Shown: in pieces, positions 27,875-41,023 of the stretch
Layout of the letters: each line of letters starts with the position of its first letter
Numbering within the stretch: position 1 is the first letter of the stretch
Assembly: GCF_006345805.1 (NCBI RefSeq)
Contig: NW_021832610.1
Coordinates: 39,891-103,890 of the forward strand
Length of the DNA: 64,000 nt
Source of the DNA: Octopus sinensis
Lineage: Eukaryota
Reading direction: 5' to 3'
The notes under the pieces: model-generated
Databases searched by the model: none
Told to the model about the DNA's origin: nothing
Seen by the model: only the letters and a program-made list of their open reading frames with translations
Position numbers and translations under genes: made by a program

Positions 27875-28260
27875 CTGAGGGAGAAACTACACTAATTTTT
27901 CCAAAATTTTGACTTAACTATCTCTTTTGAAGAAAGCACTACTACAATTAACTTCCTTGACCTAACTGTAGACTTAAGTTCACAAACATTCTGTCCCTAC
28001 CATAAGCCCAATGAAAACTTACATTATATCCATAGTTCTTCTAGCCATCCACTCTCATTTAGGAATAGCATCATTAAAAACATATCTATTAGAGTCTCTA
28101 ACTTTTCTGCTAACAAAACTATCTTCCAAAACCATGCTGAGTATTATAAACAAGTGCTTATAAGAGGTGGTTATGATAAAAAATTTCATACTATAATAAC
28201 TCCAAACTTAAACAGGTCATGTACACAAACAATCTGCATACTAGTAATAGCAATGCTTTG
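27875..28260 (+). pseudogene. Penelope-like element RT fragment (absent from the ORF track)
   Basis: Open frame from 27902: QNFDLTISFEESTTTINFLDLTVDLSSQTFCPYHKPNENLHYIHSSSSHP...KNISIRVSNFSANK. Homologous to the RT at 41024-41614. Confidence 0.75.
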
Positions 28261-28740
28261 AATACATCTGCTTAATTGCACAATACTAGAAATAATCAAT
28301 TTCAGGCCTTGTGCCTATAGTAGAAAGGATTATTATTAGTAATATTAAAGCAGTGACCTGTGGGTTTATGTCAAACGCCTGCTGTCACGTGTGGGACAGA
28401 TCCAGCTATCTGTGATATGATCCTCCTAAGCCAACCACTTTATAGAGTGTATGGGGTGTTTTTAACGTATCATCAGCACTGGTGGGGTCACCAAATAACT
28501 TTCAAGACCAAGACCCTTGAGTGGGGAAAGGTTGAAGTATAAAAGAGGAATAAAGGTGACTTGTTGTGGCGGGCATACATATATGGTAACCCAGTTAAGG
28601 AAGAAAAGCAAGAAAGGAAGGGAGAGAGCCAGATAGGAAGATAGGGAGACATGGCAACCCCTGTTGGGAAAGAAAGGTAAAAAAGAGAGAATGGAGGATA
28701 AAGTGAAGTTTATATACCCAACATGTTTGAATAGTTTATA

Positions 28741-30017
28741 TTGGGTTGAATAAAAAGTAAGCAATATTTTGAAACATGAAGAGTTTATACTGGATTTTTG
28801 CAGAGATTTGAAATTTTTTTAACCATTAAAAAAAAAATTGTCTGATAATACAGACACAGACTTACCCAAATGCATCAATAAATTAACATTGATATTTTTT
28901 ACCGTTGTTACAATCATCTGAAATGGAACTATCAAAGTGCAATATTTGAGCAATTTTGCTATTCAACTCCAAAAAAGGATGTAAAACAGCTGAAACTGCT
29001 TGCAATATCAATGAAACATTTGGTGAGGAAATGACCATTGAGTGGTCTGCTCAAAAATGATTTAAATGATTTTACAGTGGAGACCTGAGCCCTTGAAGAT
29101 TATGAGCATAGTGGACGCCCATCTGACATTGATGACAGTCAATTAAAGATCGTCATTGAGAAAGATCCATTTAAAACCACTTAAGAACTGGCAAAAGAAC
29201 TTCCAGTTAGCCAGAAAACTGCCTGCAACCATTTACTTGTGATCGGAAAATCAAAAGAGCTTGACAAATGGGTACCACACGATTTGAATGAAAATCAGAA
29301 AATGTGCAGATATGAAATTTGCTCGTCACTTCTCTGTAACCAGGCTGATCCATTTTTTAGCTGTATTGTAACTTGTGATGGAAAGTGGATTCTGTACAAC
29401 AATAAAAAATGTTCTTTGCAGTGATTGGACCAAAATGAAGCACTGAAAACCTTCCTTAAACCCGAGCTCTTCAAAAAGAAGATTATGGTGACTGTTTGGT
29501 GGTGTACTGCTGGATTCCTTCACTATAACTTCTTAAAACCCAGAAAAACCATTACTGCAGAAACATATTGCCATGAAATTGTCAAAATGAACCAAAAACT
29601 GCTACTCCTTCATGCAAGACTGGTTAACAGAAGAGGGTTAATCATTCTTCATGACAATGCTCAACCACACATTTCACTAATGACACTCCAGAAGTTGAGG
29701 GAACTTGGCTATGAAGTTCTTCCCCACCCAGCTTATTCCCCAGATCTTTCTCCTACCGACTACCACTTTTTCAAGCACCTTGATGGTTTCCTGCGAGAGG
29801 AGTTCAAAAATCAAACCAACGCTGAAAGTGTATTCAAAGAGTTCATCAGCTCCAGAACTGCAGATTTTTATGTTACTGGAATAAAGAAACTTGTAATTTG
29901 GCAAAAGTGTATTAATTGTAATGGTATTTACTTTGATGAATAAAATTTCCGCTTTGATGAAATATATTGTGATGAATTTCATGTTTCAAAATGTTGCTTA
30001 CTTTTTACTCAGCCTGA
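28741..30017 (+). mobile_element. Full-length (1277 bp) defective mariner element, D,D34D transposase
   Basis: TA-flanked TIRs ttgggttgaataaaaagtaagcaatattttgaaac / gtttcaaaatgttgcttactttttactcagcctga. WVPHDL, IVTCDGKW, HDNA-x34-D and YSPDLSPTDY motifs. Stops and frameshifts in the 5' half. Confidence 0.92.
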
Positions 30018-30464
30018 TAGTTCACCTTGCATTATATCAGCTAACAATAAGCTAAACCACTTTCAAACTTCAAATTCACAACATGCTTTATTGTTCTATT
30101 GTTTCCATATTTTGTAATTAAGCCTGATGTGTAGATAAATACTATTTGCTGTTGTGTGAGATTGAAATCTGTATTACTGGCTTCATTGTCAGAAGGTTTT
30201 TCTAAATGAGAACTTCTTGTAAACAACATTCATTGTGGAATGTTTTTTGTTTGGTATATATATGTTCAATCCTGGAATCTCTGTGTCCACTATAGAGAAG
30301 GCAACATATCGTTGTCCTTGTGTGAATACAGGTGTTGATAAATATAAAGAAAGCTTTTAAAATGTTTGTCCTTGTCTTTTATTAATTGCCATTGCCATTG
30401 CTAATTTAATAAGAAACTCTTGTCTAATTAATATAAATGGTATCGCTTCAGCTATTGAACTTTT

Positions 30465-30778
30465 GATATCACGTGACCACATGACTGACCAGGCTATCAG
30501 ATGTTGCTACACATCGCTGGTCACAATGTGCTTCGCATTGTTTTAGCCTTCAAATGACGTCACCCCGCTGGCAAAGCGAGCAGGCCAACAGAAGAAAGAG
30601 TGAGAGAAAGGTGTGGCGGAAGAGTACAGCAGGGATCACCACTACCCCCTGCTGGAGCATCGTGGAGCTTTAGGTGTTTTTGCTCAATAAACACTCACAA
30701 CGCCCGGTCTGGGAATCGAAACTGCGATCCTACAACCCTGAGTCCGCTGCCCTAACCACTGGGCCATTGCACCTCCAC
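30465..30778 (-). mobile_element. tRNA-derived SINE, family S3
   Basis: Shares its head with 20438 but has a different 3' tail. Confidence 0.7.
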
Positions 30779-30999
30779 ACAACTTTTGATATAAATATAG
30801 TTTTTATGTGGTGTGGACCTTCAGTTATAATTTTTGCCTTAATGACTTTTTCCTGTCTTGAATGTACCATTACAAATGCCATAAGCTTGGTCAATTGTAT
30901 TTAAGAGAATAATTACTGCATTAATCTTTAATTTTAATATGTGTGATGTAAATCTGAAATATTTAGCATATTCAAGTATTTTGTAGTGAATTCTGAAGG

Positions 31000-32340
31000 G
31001 TCATCCTGATGCAAGCGTTGATTGTCATTAAAGAGAACCTTTTCATCTCCCGGAAAAAGTATCAATATTTCCTCAATGATCAACATCAATATTTTTGGGT
31101 GCTAAAACAAAAATGTTTGAAAATCTTTCTGGCTCTGCAATGCATTTCTGTATGAGATTTCTATTGAAAACCAAAGAAATGAAGTCATTGAAATCATCTC
31201 TGGGTATAATAATTTCCCCCATTTCCTACATGAAGTATAAACTTGGTTGTTTTGGTTTTCTGAATTCTCTGCACATGATTTTAATTTCATATTTTCTGTC
31301 AGCTGAATATTTTTTACATGTTTCTATAAAGATGAAACAATATCTAGAATGTTGCTTGTTGACCACAATTTCATTTTATGACATTTTCATCAGACAAACT
31401 CTTTTTTGTTCAGTCAGCAGAAAATTTCTAAGATCTTGCAGAAAGAATGAGTTGCCTGTACTGATGTTGAAAATATTCATGTTTGGTATATTAAGTGGGG
31501 GACTGTTTAATGGTGACCCATTTTCTTTCAAAATAAGTTAAATTTTTTTTTGTAATGTATGTTGTCATTGATATCTTCAACTTCTAAAGTAGTCATTTGA
31601 TCTTCAGAAAGTTGTCTTTCAAATACTGTAAATAATTTGTCAGAGCAGAAAGGTCTTCATGACTGTTATGGAGTTGCTGAAACATTTGTAAAGTCCATAG
31701 TTTGATAGTATTCATGGTCATTATGTGCTAAGTTCAGTTATATTGTAGCTGCTTTGTAAGTGTCACAAACTACACCATTAATAGTTCTTATATCTTCAAA
31801 TGCTGTAGTTCCAGGAATACGATGCAATAAATCTCTCAGAATTGCTCCTGTTCTTTTGGCAAACTAAGTAGAAATACCCAATTGAATATGTATTAATTTT
31901 TCTGAGATGCCACATTTTCTCAGTATTACTCCATGTGCAAAATTCAAGGAAATCAGTGTAGTATATCCTACATGGAAACAACTTAGCTGGTGCTCCATCT
32001 ATGATATTGTATGACTCTTATTTCCAATGTCAAAAGTTAAGTTGACTCTCCATGCCCTATTATCAAATAGAAATAGCAATGGGAACTGCAGTGAATCATA
32101 AGTTGGATGCATTAAATTGATTGTTTGAAGGAGAAATTCGCCAGGAACACACCTTTTATGCAGTGCCAGAAGTCTTTGTGGTTGTACTGTTTCCAAGTTT
32201 GCATCTGGCATAATTACTGTAACTTCTGTTATGCTATGAAGGCACCAGACATATTAACAAATGCTGTCTCTTATGTTTGCATCACATGAAACACATAAAA
32301 ATATAAATTGTGTTTATCAAATAATATTTATCTCTCACCA
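31000..32340 (-). pseudogene. Degenerate Helitron Rep-helicase coding fragment
   Basis: Successive motifs HPTYDSLQFPLLF, EFCTWSNTEKMWHLRK...IG, and RIPGTTAFEDIRTINGVVCDTYKAA (~31743-31821), which match conserved RepHel blocks. Confidence 0.75.
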
Positions 32341-32490
32341 GATGGTGTACTTTTTTGTTAATCTTACCATCACAGAACAGTACATTGAATAGATCCCGTG
32401 AGATGTGTCATGATTAATAATAAATTCTTGTATATTCCCTCTTCTGTCTTTCATTTACCATATATATATATATATACATATATATGTGTA

Positions 32491-32707
32491 AAATTATAAT
32501 TTAGGGTATCTAAGATATACCACCACGCTGGAAATAGCAGCCAAAACTTGACTCTAAAACCACATTAAATGTTGATACAGCACCAGGAGAGAAGACAAGA
32601 GACAAAATAAACTAGCAAAAAAATTACATTTAATGTGGTTTTAGAGTCAAGTTTTGGCTGCTATTTCCAGCGTGGTGGTATCTCTTAGATACCCTAAATT
32701 ATAATTT
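32491..32707. repeat. Near-perfect inverted repeat: 82-bp arms, 53-bp spacer
   Basis: 32491-32572 is the reverse complement of 32626-32707 with one mismatch seen. Confidence 0.92.
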
Positions 32708-32814
32708 TGATAATAATTATTACCTTTGAAGGTTTTTATTCCCATGCTGGCCACCTGATAAGATTGGTATTTAAATAACGATCTTATCTTTATTTATATA
32801 AATTTATATATATA

Positions 32815-33711
32815 CTAGCAGCATAGCCCGGCATTGCCCAGGTATGTAAGAAACTTTATTGATAAGCAATGCCCTTTACCTTTTTACCCTTTTTTGTACT
32901 CATTGAACTGTTATTTTGTAAAATGAAGCCTAAAAGGTATTAAGGCATTCAAGGCACCGTTCCCTTGCATGCATGAAGAAAATCTATGACAGTCAAAGTG
33001 CATTTTCTGGTTTTGTTTAGCACACCCAACCCAGTTCTGCGGGATCAGTGTCGCGACGGGAACGCATGGGTTGAGAGTTTGACAGGCAGTGGTGATAAAG
33101 TTGCACATGCCGGCCCTTTTGACACTGCCCCCCCGAACCCCAAGTTGGGTTCGGACCATAGCTAAGCCCTACCTAATCCTAACCTAAGTCAAGCAAAAGG
33201 GGGCTCGGGAGCCTCTAGTAGGCAATGACTAATCCCAATCTAGTCCTTTCCCTCTAGGGAACGAAGGCGCTCTCGCTGTGAATTTCAAAAAAAATTCCTG
33301 CTAATTTGTTAAAGATATCGTCGAAAATATGTCCTCTTGAATTTGAACGCGATTTCCCAAAATGGCATGATTTTATCTATTTTTTCTGATGGTAAGGTAT
33401 TGCATGGAAGACTAATGTCAGAATTAAGTTCCTTAGGGTTACATTAAGCTTCACCATCAGTTTAGTGAAAATCGATTGCAAGTTGCGAAAACTACAACGG
33501 AAAATGTGTTGCATATGATAAGCTTAGATTCTTGACCCCATGTCGAATTTATCGATTTTTTTCAGAACTGGGGGAACTTTTCAAAATTTTCACTGCGTTA
33601 GTTTTGAATTATAACATTGGGCTATGTGTGTGTCAAGTTTCATCAGAATTGGTTGAAAGCCGTGGTCAGGGTGAGAGTACAACCTGACAGACACACAGAC
33701 AGACAAACTGC

Positions 33712-33720
<9 letters not shown>
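32815..33720 (-). mobile_element. Non-autonomous Helitron
   Basis: CTAG at 32815-32818 with a GC hairpin (cctgggcaatgccggg on the - strand). The 5' part (tataaaaggcagtttgtctgtc on the - strand) merges into (TA)n. Confidence 0.65.
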
Positions 33721-33773
<53 letters not shown>

Positions 33774-33776
33774 ATA

Positions 33777-33814
<38 letters not shown>

Positions 33815-33959
33815 ATACATATATACATACACATATAAGTATGTATGTATGCATGTATGTATCATATATATGGTGTCACTTCAGCAGCATGCAGCCAAAT
33901 TCTAACCATAACTCTAAGTGGGAGGTGAAGGGGACACTCGCACGAGTTTCACTAAGAAA

Positions 33960-34860
33960 AAAAAATTGGATTTTTTAAATTGGAATCAAGTACTCTGGCC
34001 TAATATGCTGCAAACCCCTTATTTTAGTTCGGAAAAAAGGTGGGGATGAAAAGATCGCTGGGGGTGGGATGTGAAATTTCCAAGGCTTCCACCTCACCTC
34101 ACCCCGCTTTTCAGACCCCAAAAGGGTTTTGTAGCATATTAGGAGGTCACAGGAATTCATTCAATGAAAAAAACATTTTCAATGATTCCGGGAGGGGTGC
34201 GCCCCCCACTTTCCGAAACACAATAAGAGTTTTGAAGCATATTAGGAGGTCAGTGTACTTGATTCCACGCAAAAACTCTGAGTTCTTTTTTTTTCTTAGA
34301 TAAAATTGTGCGGGTGTTAATACAGAAGGGAAATCCCTGAAAAAATTTTGAAAAAAAAGGTCGATTTGGTAAATTTTGATCCTTTTACCCGCATGATTTT
34401 CACTAAAAAGAAAAAAAACCTCAGATTTTTTGCATGGAATCAAGTATCTTGACCTTCTAATATGCTACAAATTCCTTATTTTGGTTCGGAAAAAAAGGGG
34501 GCACCCCACCACCCATGCTGGAATTTTTTTTTTGTTGAATGAATTCTTGTGACCTCCTAATATGCTCTTTGGGGTCTGGAAAACGGGGTGGGGTGAGGTG
34601 GAAGCCTCGGAAATTTCACCCCCCACCCCTATTGATCTTAAAAAAAATTCTGTTTTTTTGCATGGAATCAAGCACCCTGGCCTCATAATATGCTGCGCGC
34701 AGGAGTGACTGTGTGGTAAGTAGCTTGCTTACTAACCACATGGTTCCCGGTTCAGTCCCACTGCGTGGCACCTTGGGCAAGTATCTTCTACTATATCCTC
34801 AGGCCAACCAAAGCCTTGTGAGCGGATTTGGTAGACGGAAACTGAAAGATGCCCATCGTG

Positions 34861-34901
<41 letters not shown>

Positions 34902-35310
34902 TGTGTGTGTGTGTGTGTGTTTATGTGTGTGTTTGTCCCTCACAACATCGCTTGACAACCAATGCTGGTGTGTTTACGTTCCCGTAACTTAGCGGTTCGG
35001 CAAAAGAGACCGATAGAATAAGTACTAGGCTTACAAAGAATAAGTCCTGGGGTCAATTTGCTCGACTAAAGGCGGTCCTCCAGCATGGCCACAGTCAAAT
35101 GACTGAAACAAGTAAAAGAGTAAACCCTTTATTTTTGTTCTGAAAAAAAAAAAGGGGTGGGTTGGAAACCGGCCCCCTCCCTTATCCCAGCATCATTGGA
35201 ATTTTTTTTCCGTTGACTGAATTCCAGTGACCTCCTAATATGCTACAAAACCCGGAAAACAGGGTGGGATGGGGTGGAGCCCTCGGAAATTTCACCCTCA
35301 TCCCCATTTT
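33960..35310. repeat. Cluster of ~230-bp units in both orientations, interrupted by an S2 SINE
   Basis: 34055-34290 is an inverted copy of 34410-34630. A further unit starts near 34640, breaks at 34697-35122, and resumes at aaaccctt. Confidence 0.75.
34697..35122 (+). mobile_element. tRNA-derived SINE, family S2
   Basis: Full head, (tg)n spacer and tail, matching the other S2 copies. Confidence 0.8.
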
Positions 35311-35344
35311 CAAATATTTTTTGCTATTTCTTTTTTTACCCATA

Positions 35345-35348
35345 ATTT

Positions 35349-35393
<45 letters not shown>

Positions 35394-35660
35394 AATGAAA
35401 TTATTGTATACAGTGCTCAGGTGCACCACAACTTGTCAGAAAGTGCGTATAAAGTATATGCAGTAATGTACAAATGTCTGGAAAGCGAACAATGTATGAG
35501 CCAGATACATGCTTGTGTGTGTACGTAGGGGAGAAAATCAGGTGTAGTGTTGGCGAATCTCAGGAAGCATGGAAGTTTTGAAGGATGCAGTGCTCCGACA
35601 ACTAACAACTGATGACGGCAGTTTGTTCCATGCTTCAGCGTGAAAAATGTTTCCTAAAGT
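35345..35660 (-). mobile_element. CR1-type LINE 3' end with (ATT)n tail
   Basis: Reverse-strand homolog of 36970-37208. Confidence 0.65.
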
Positions 35661-36969
35661 ATAACATTTTGCAGAAATATATTTTCGAGAGAGTGTGGAT
35701 TACATTAGATTGAAAATTAAAAGATGCTTGAAATGAATAAGTGAAGATGAAGAGGTTATTGAAGTCAGTGGAGAGATAGAAGATAAATTCATCTTTAAAA
35801 AAACATGTTAGAGTTTTTGCATGTATGAGTGAAATGGAGTAAAAGCAAAATATTAACAAAATATCTTTTTCCTACCCCTTAAAATCACTGCATATAATAT
35901 ATATAATAATTCTAAATAGATTTTCCTGGCTTGCCAGTCCTCAGTCAAACTGATCAACCCATGCCATCAGGGAAAGCAGAAGTTGAACGATGATGGTGAT
36001 GATGATGATGATATATAATCATGATAGATTGTTACCCATTCAATGTTTAGGTAAACTTTGTCAACCACTCACTCTCTCTCTTTCTCTTTCTCTTTCTCTC
36101 TCTCTCTCCCCACACAAAAATTAAACATTTCAGTACCAAAAATATCTTTTTGCAATTTTTGGCTCCGAAATTTGTGGGGAATGCCTGACCACCTCTGTAT
36201 GAACTTACTGACCACTGAACTGAAATTTGGGGGAACGCCTGACCACCTTTGCATGAACTTACTGCACAGCTTTTCCATTGCCTCTACCCAAGTTGTGACA
36301 AAGTCACAAAGCAAAAGTGGCCACTGCAGTCTTTTTCCGTGTCATTACTTCATTGCTTCTCTCTGAGGTTGAATAAAAAAAATCCGAGTTTTTTTTTCTT
36401 AGTGATAATCGATTTTTTCCGTGTCATTACTTCTCTCTGAGGTTGAGTAAGTAGGACACACCAACAAGATGAAAAGTGTGGAAAACTGAAACTGTGAAGG
36501 AAACTGGAAAAACCAGATTTTAGATTTCCCACCAGGTAAAGGAAACGAAATGGGACAAAGTTGATGAGACCCTGGTCAAGAGATGGCATGTGGCCTTATT
36601 ACACAACAAAGTTAGCTACTGCAACTTCCCGGCTGGATCAGTGTGCTATTTCCAGAGAAGTTATGAGTGGAACCCAGAAGAAAGCCAAGGAGATAGGCAT
36701 GACAGCTGAAACTTGTCCAAAGTGGCTATAGTTGATGAAAGAAGGCAAGAGGAATCCATCTCTGGTATTTATATCACCCACACATGTATTATAGCCATAC
36801 TATCCGTGTGTGTGTGTGTGTGCATGAATGCACAAACTGAAGAAGTTGGAATTTCCAAATCACACCTATAAATAGATATGACCGCCAGAAGAAAAATAAA
36901 ACTAAAAATAATTAAATATACTTCAGTTCAATGTACATCATGACATTATCTCCATGTGTCTAACTTTTC

Positions 36970-37174
36970 AGAAAACAACACAGCTCCCATGACTTTCGGA
37001 AACATTTTTTCACGCTCAGAGTTGCTGAAGCATGGAATAAACTGCCTGCGTCAGTTGTTGACTGTCACGACACTGCATCCTTTAAGGCCCTCATGCTTTC
37101 CGAAATCCGCCGAAACTACACCTGATTATATATAGACTTTAGATGAGTTGTAGTGCACCTGAGCACTGTACACA

Positions 37175-37208
<34 letters not shown>
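36970..37208 (+). mobile_element. CR1-type LINE 3' end
   Basis: Translates RKQHSSHDFRKHFFTLRVAEAWNKLPASVVDCHDTASFK...*, the CR1 RT C-terminal motif. A short UTR and (att)n follow. Confidence 0.75.
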
Positions 37209-37209
<1 letters not shown>

Positions 37210-38440
37210 CTAAAAGCTTTTGTATTCTGAAACAGAGAAAAAAAAAAGAACAAAAAAACGAAAGCAGAAAGCAGGAAGTAGACACCAATTTTCATTATTT
37301 AAACACCTTTTTACTTCAATAATTCAAATATTCAAGATACCACGATGATAAAAGTAAGTAATTTGTAATTTCTCAATCGTTTTATTTTAGTGATTTGAAA
37401 AACCTGGTCTTCCTTTTTATTTTGTATATAAATTATGCAGAAATTGCTCGAATTTTACAACTAGGAAATGAAAATAGGAAATGTCTTTTAATTCATTCAG
37501 TGTTCTGGCTTTTACGACTATTTTTCTTACATTTATGTTATTTATTAACAATTAAGCGGTGACATAGAGGAATTAAGTGGAGTGCAGCATAGTATTTAAA
37601 AGTACATAGTTTAAAGTGAGATTACTTATTTGTTATCAAATAACAAACTATTGACAAGTTACTTATCGTCAGTTTGAAAAATTCTAGTTTTACAAGTTAA
37701 TCGTAATCGAACAGACCTATGATCAAAGCTATTCCAATTGGATCAGTATTATTTTCTGTTTCTTTTCTTTTCACCTGACCAGGTGAGAGTGTCATCTAAG
37801 GGTCATTTGCCGCGACAGTAACTTAGTGTTACGTAGGCAATATGTGTTTCTTGTGGGGTCCTGCGGTAGCAAACGGAAGGGCCGTCCCGAGCGCCTACTC
37901 GTTTTTCCCCGCCTCGTAACAGGAAAATGGATACTTTTTAACGAAATTTTCAGATGCCGTAGATTCCATGTATGTTGGGTAAAAATTTCCGAGGGGGTAG
38001 CGAGAGGAGTTTTGGGAAATTTATACCAACCCACTGGTTTTCCTCATAACTTTCAGAAAAATGGATAGGAGTGGGACAAGATCAGGTGTTTTTTATACTG
38101 CATTTTTGACTTAGTAAAAAATCATTTTTTCATTACCTTACAAAAACTACATCAACTAAGTAAATGGCCTTCCCTAAATATATTAAAAGCATCATAACCT
38201 AATCTGGTCACTGTTTCAGAAAATTATCGCCGACCTTTGAGTATATAAAAGAAATTTGGCAGGGGTAAAATTAGTTAGATAAGGTAAGGTAAATTATCCT
38301 CCTCCCCCTCCTCCCTCCCCTCATCATCCCCTCCCCATCCCCCTCCCCCTCCCCATCTCCTCCTCCTCCCGCCCCTCCTCCTCTTGTAAACATAAATTTT
38401 TCCTATGTATAGAGACTTTTGAATCACCCTGTATGTAATA

Positions 38441-38838
38441 CTAGCAGTATCGCCCGGCGTTGCTCGGGTTTGTAAGGGAAATAACTATATAAGCATTTTT
38501 AGAGATGTAAAGTATAATAGCCATCTCAATATGGCTAACCACAAAGTGGGGGGTGTTACTGTAGCTTTTTACGTTCTGAGATATAATAATAAATTTTTAG
38601 AGAGTTACTTCCCTTATATATGCCAAAATTGCATTAAAAATGGGAAAAATTGATGGTAATTTTTTTTTAAATTGTAGACTCATCATAGATGCGCGCTAAT
38701 ACCCAGAAGGGCTCGATATGAATCACGACTATAAGATACCTGGTTTTGGTTAAACTGCACCGCAAAATGTGGGAGTAGTTAGGAATCTAAATCGTAGGAG
38801 ACAGACAGCACACAACCTCTCTTTTATATATATAAAGA
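38441..38838 (-). mobile_element. Non-autonomous Helitron, same family as 21883-22278
   Basis: A|TC and hairpin-CTAG|T ends on the - strand, with high similarity to the + copy. Confidence 0.8.
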
Positions 38839-39002
38839 TATGCATCTCTTTGCCTTAACTAAATTCACACATTTATTATCAAATATTTTAGCCATAGAAA
38901 TGTTAGCTATGACTAGTTGCACTTTGTCTAAAATAGGGAATAGCCAACTTTATTTTTAACATATTTATCCAATTAAATATAATCCATTTTAAACTTTTAC
39001 TC

Positions 39003-39205
39003 TTTTACTTGTTTCAGTCATTTGACTGTGGCCATGCTGGAGCACCGCCTTTAGTCGAGCAAATCGATCCCAGGACTTATTCTTTGTAAGCCTAGTACTT
39101 ATTCTATCGGTCTCTTTTGCCGAACTGCTAAGTTATGGGGACATAAACACACCACCATCGGTTGTCAAGTGATGTTGGGGGGGGGACACAAACATAGACA
39201 CACAA

Positions 39206-39238
<33 letters not shown>

Positions 39239-39405
39239 CATATATACGATGGGCTTCTTTCAGTTTCCGTCTACCAAATCCACTCACAAGGCTTTGGTCG
39301 GCCGAGGCTATAGTAGAAGACACTTGCCCAAGGTACCATGCAGTGGGACTGAACTGGGAACCATGTGGTTGGTAAGCAAGCTACTTACCACATAGCCACT
39401 CCTAT
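39003..39405 (-). mobile_element. tRNA-derived SINE, family S2
   Basis: Homologous to 23177, 34697 and 59225. Confidence 0.8.
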
Positions 39406-39444
39406 GACTAAAATATTTTAATCCAAAAGATTATTATTATTATT

Positions 39445-39890
39445 GAGTGAGAGAGCAGTGCATGCCATCAAAGCGACACTGGGGTAAAATATGCGAAGCC
39501 CAGTATACCCATCATGACTACCCGTCTGATAAGGGTACACTAGGTACATGCATCACAACCATACGTGCGCGACATGGTAATCTCATATCAAGATAAACAG
39601 CACATGACCTTGCAGGTGGGGTCCAGTTTGAATTATCTTCTGGTCGAGTAACTCATCCCGTTCAAAAGGTCCCTGAATAAGGTTTGTTTAAGGATGATGA
39701 ATGAAACACTCATGTTTCCAGAGGTGATTTAGTCAAACACCCCAAAATTCCTTTCAGCACACTATTATTATTATTAATATTATTATTAATATTATTATTA
39801 CTATTATTATTATTATTATTATTATTATTATGATGATGATGATGATGATTGTTATTGTTATTGTTATTGTTACTATCAATTATTGTTTTC
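39445..39890 (+). mobile_element. SINE-like/LINE-tail repeat, family S4, with (ATT)n/(GAT)n tail
   Basis: gagtgagagagcagtgcatgcc...gactacccgtctgataagggtacac. Further copies at 40420-40580(+), 50770-51180(-) and 51245-51445(-). Confidence 0.65.
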
Positions 39891-40015
39891 CAGCCCAAAT
39901 TACTACCCATTACAATTTGGATTTTACTCTGTAATACAATAATTTCTGCTTCTCAAACATGGTGAGTAGTTACTGTTATTATTATTATTACTATTATTAT
40001 TATTGTTATTATTAA

Positions 40016-40290
40016 GGTGGTGAACTGGCAGAATCGTTAGCATGCTGGGTGAAATGCTTAGTGGTATTCTGTCAATAGACAAAATTCTGAGTTCAAATTC
40101 CACCAAGGTTGAGTTTGCCTTTCATCCTTTCAGGGTCAATAAATTAAGTACCAGTGATTGACTCTTTTCCTACCCACAAAATCTAGGCCTCCTGCCTATA
40201 GTAGAAATTATTATTATTATTATTACTATTATTATTACTATTATTATTATATTATTATTATTATTATATTATTATTATTATTATTATTTA
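40016..40290 (+). mobile_element. SINE family S1 with (ATT)n tail
   Basis: Homologous to 19820, 49057 and 52008. Confidence 0.7.
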
Positions 40291-40577
40291 AGATGTTGCA
40301 CAATATCCAATATTTGGATGTTGTTGACTGAAGATATTGTCTACTGGCAGTTTGTACTGTCTGTCAAGTCACAACAAGGACCTCAAACAAGCAGTACTTT
40401 CTTCTTCTTCTTCTTCTTGAGTGAGAGAGCAGTGCATGCCAAAAAAGTGACACTGGGGTCAAATATACAAAGCGTAGCATACCCATCATGACTACCCGTC
40501 TGATAAGGCTACACCAGGCACATGCCTCACAACCATATGTACGTGACATAGTGATCTCATATCGAGATAAACTGTGC

Positions 40578-41010
40578 ATGATTTTCCTGGAAGTTTCATC
40601 CTTGCAACATTCCAGGTAATCATTGGAATTTACCAGGAAGTCTCATCATCGGAACTTTCCAGGAAGTATCTCCCTCGGAACTTTCCAGAAATTCTCATCC
40701 TCGGAATTTTCCAGGAGGTCTCATCCTGAGAACTTTCCTGGATGTTTCATACTTGGAACTTTCCACGAAATCATCAGAATTTTCCAGGAAGTCTCATCAT
40801 CGGAACTATCCAGGAAGTACCATCCTAGGATCTTTCCAGAAAGTCCACGAAATTTGCCAGGAAGTTTCATTCTCGGAACTTTCTCGGGAGTATCACCCTC
40901 GGAACTTTCCAGGAAGACTATCCTCGGAACTTCCCTGGAAGTCGCATCCTTGGAACTTTCTAGGAAGTCTCATCCTCGGACCTTTCCAGGAAACCTCATC
41001 CTTGGAAAGA
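40578..41010. repeat. 26-bp minisatellite (CTTTCCAGGAAGTCTCATCCTCGGAA)
   Basis: About 16 diverged tandem units read directly. Confidence 0.9.
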
Positions 41011-41023
41011 TTTTGCTGAAATT

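Noticed and set aside
37780-38433. Mariner-like TIR ttgaatcaccctgta at ~38419-38433 with a repeat-like interior
   Set aside because: The partner TIR was not found and the boundaries are unsupported.
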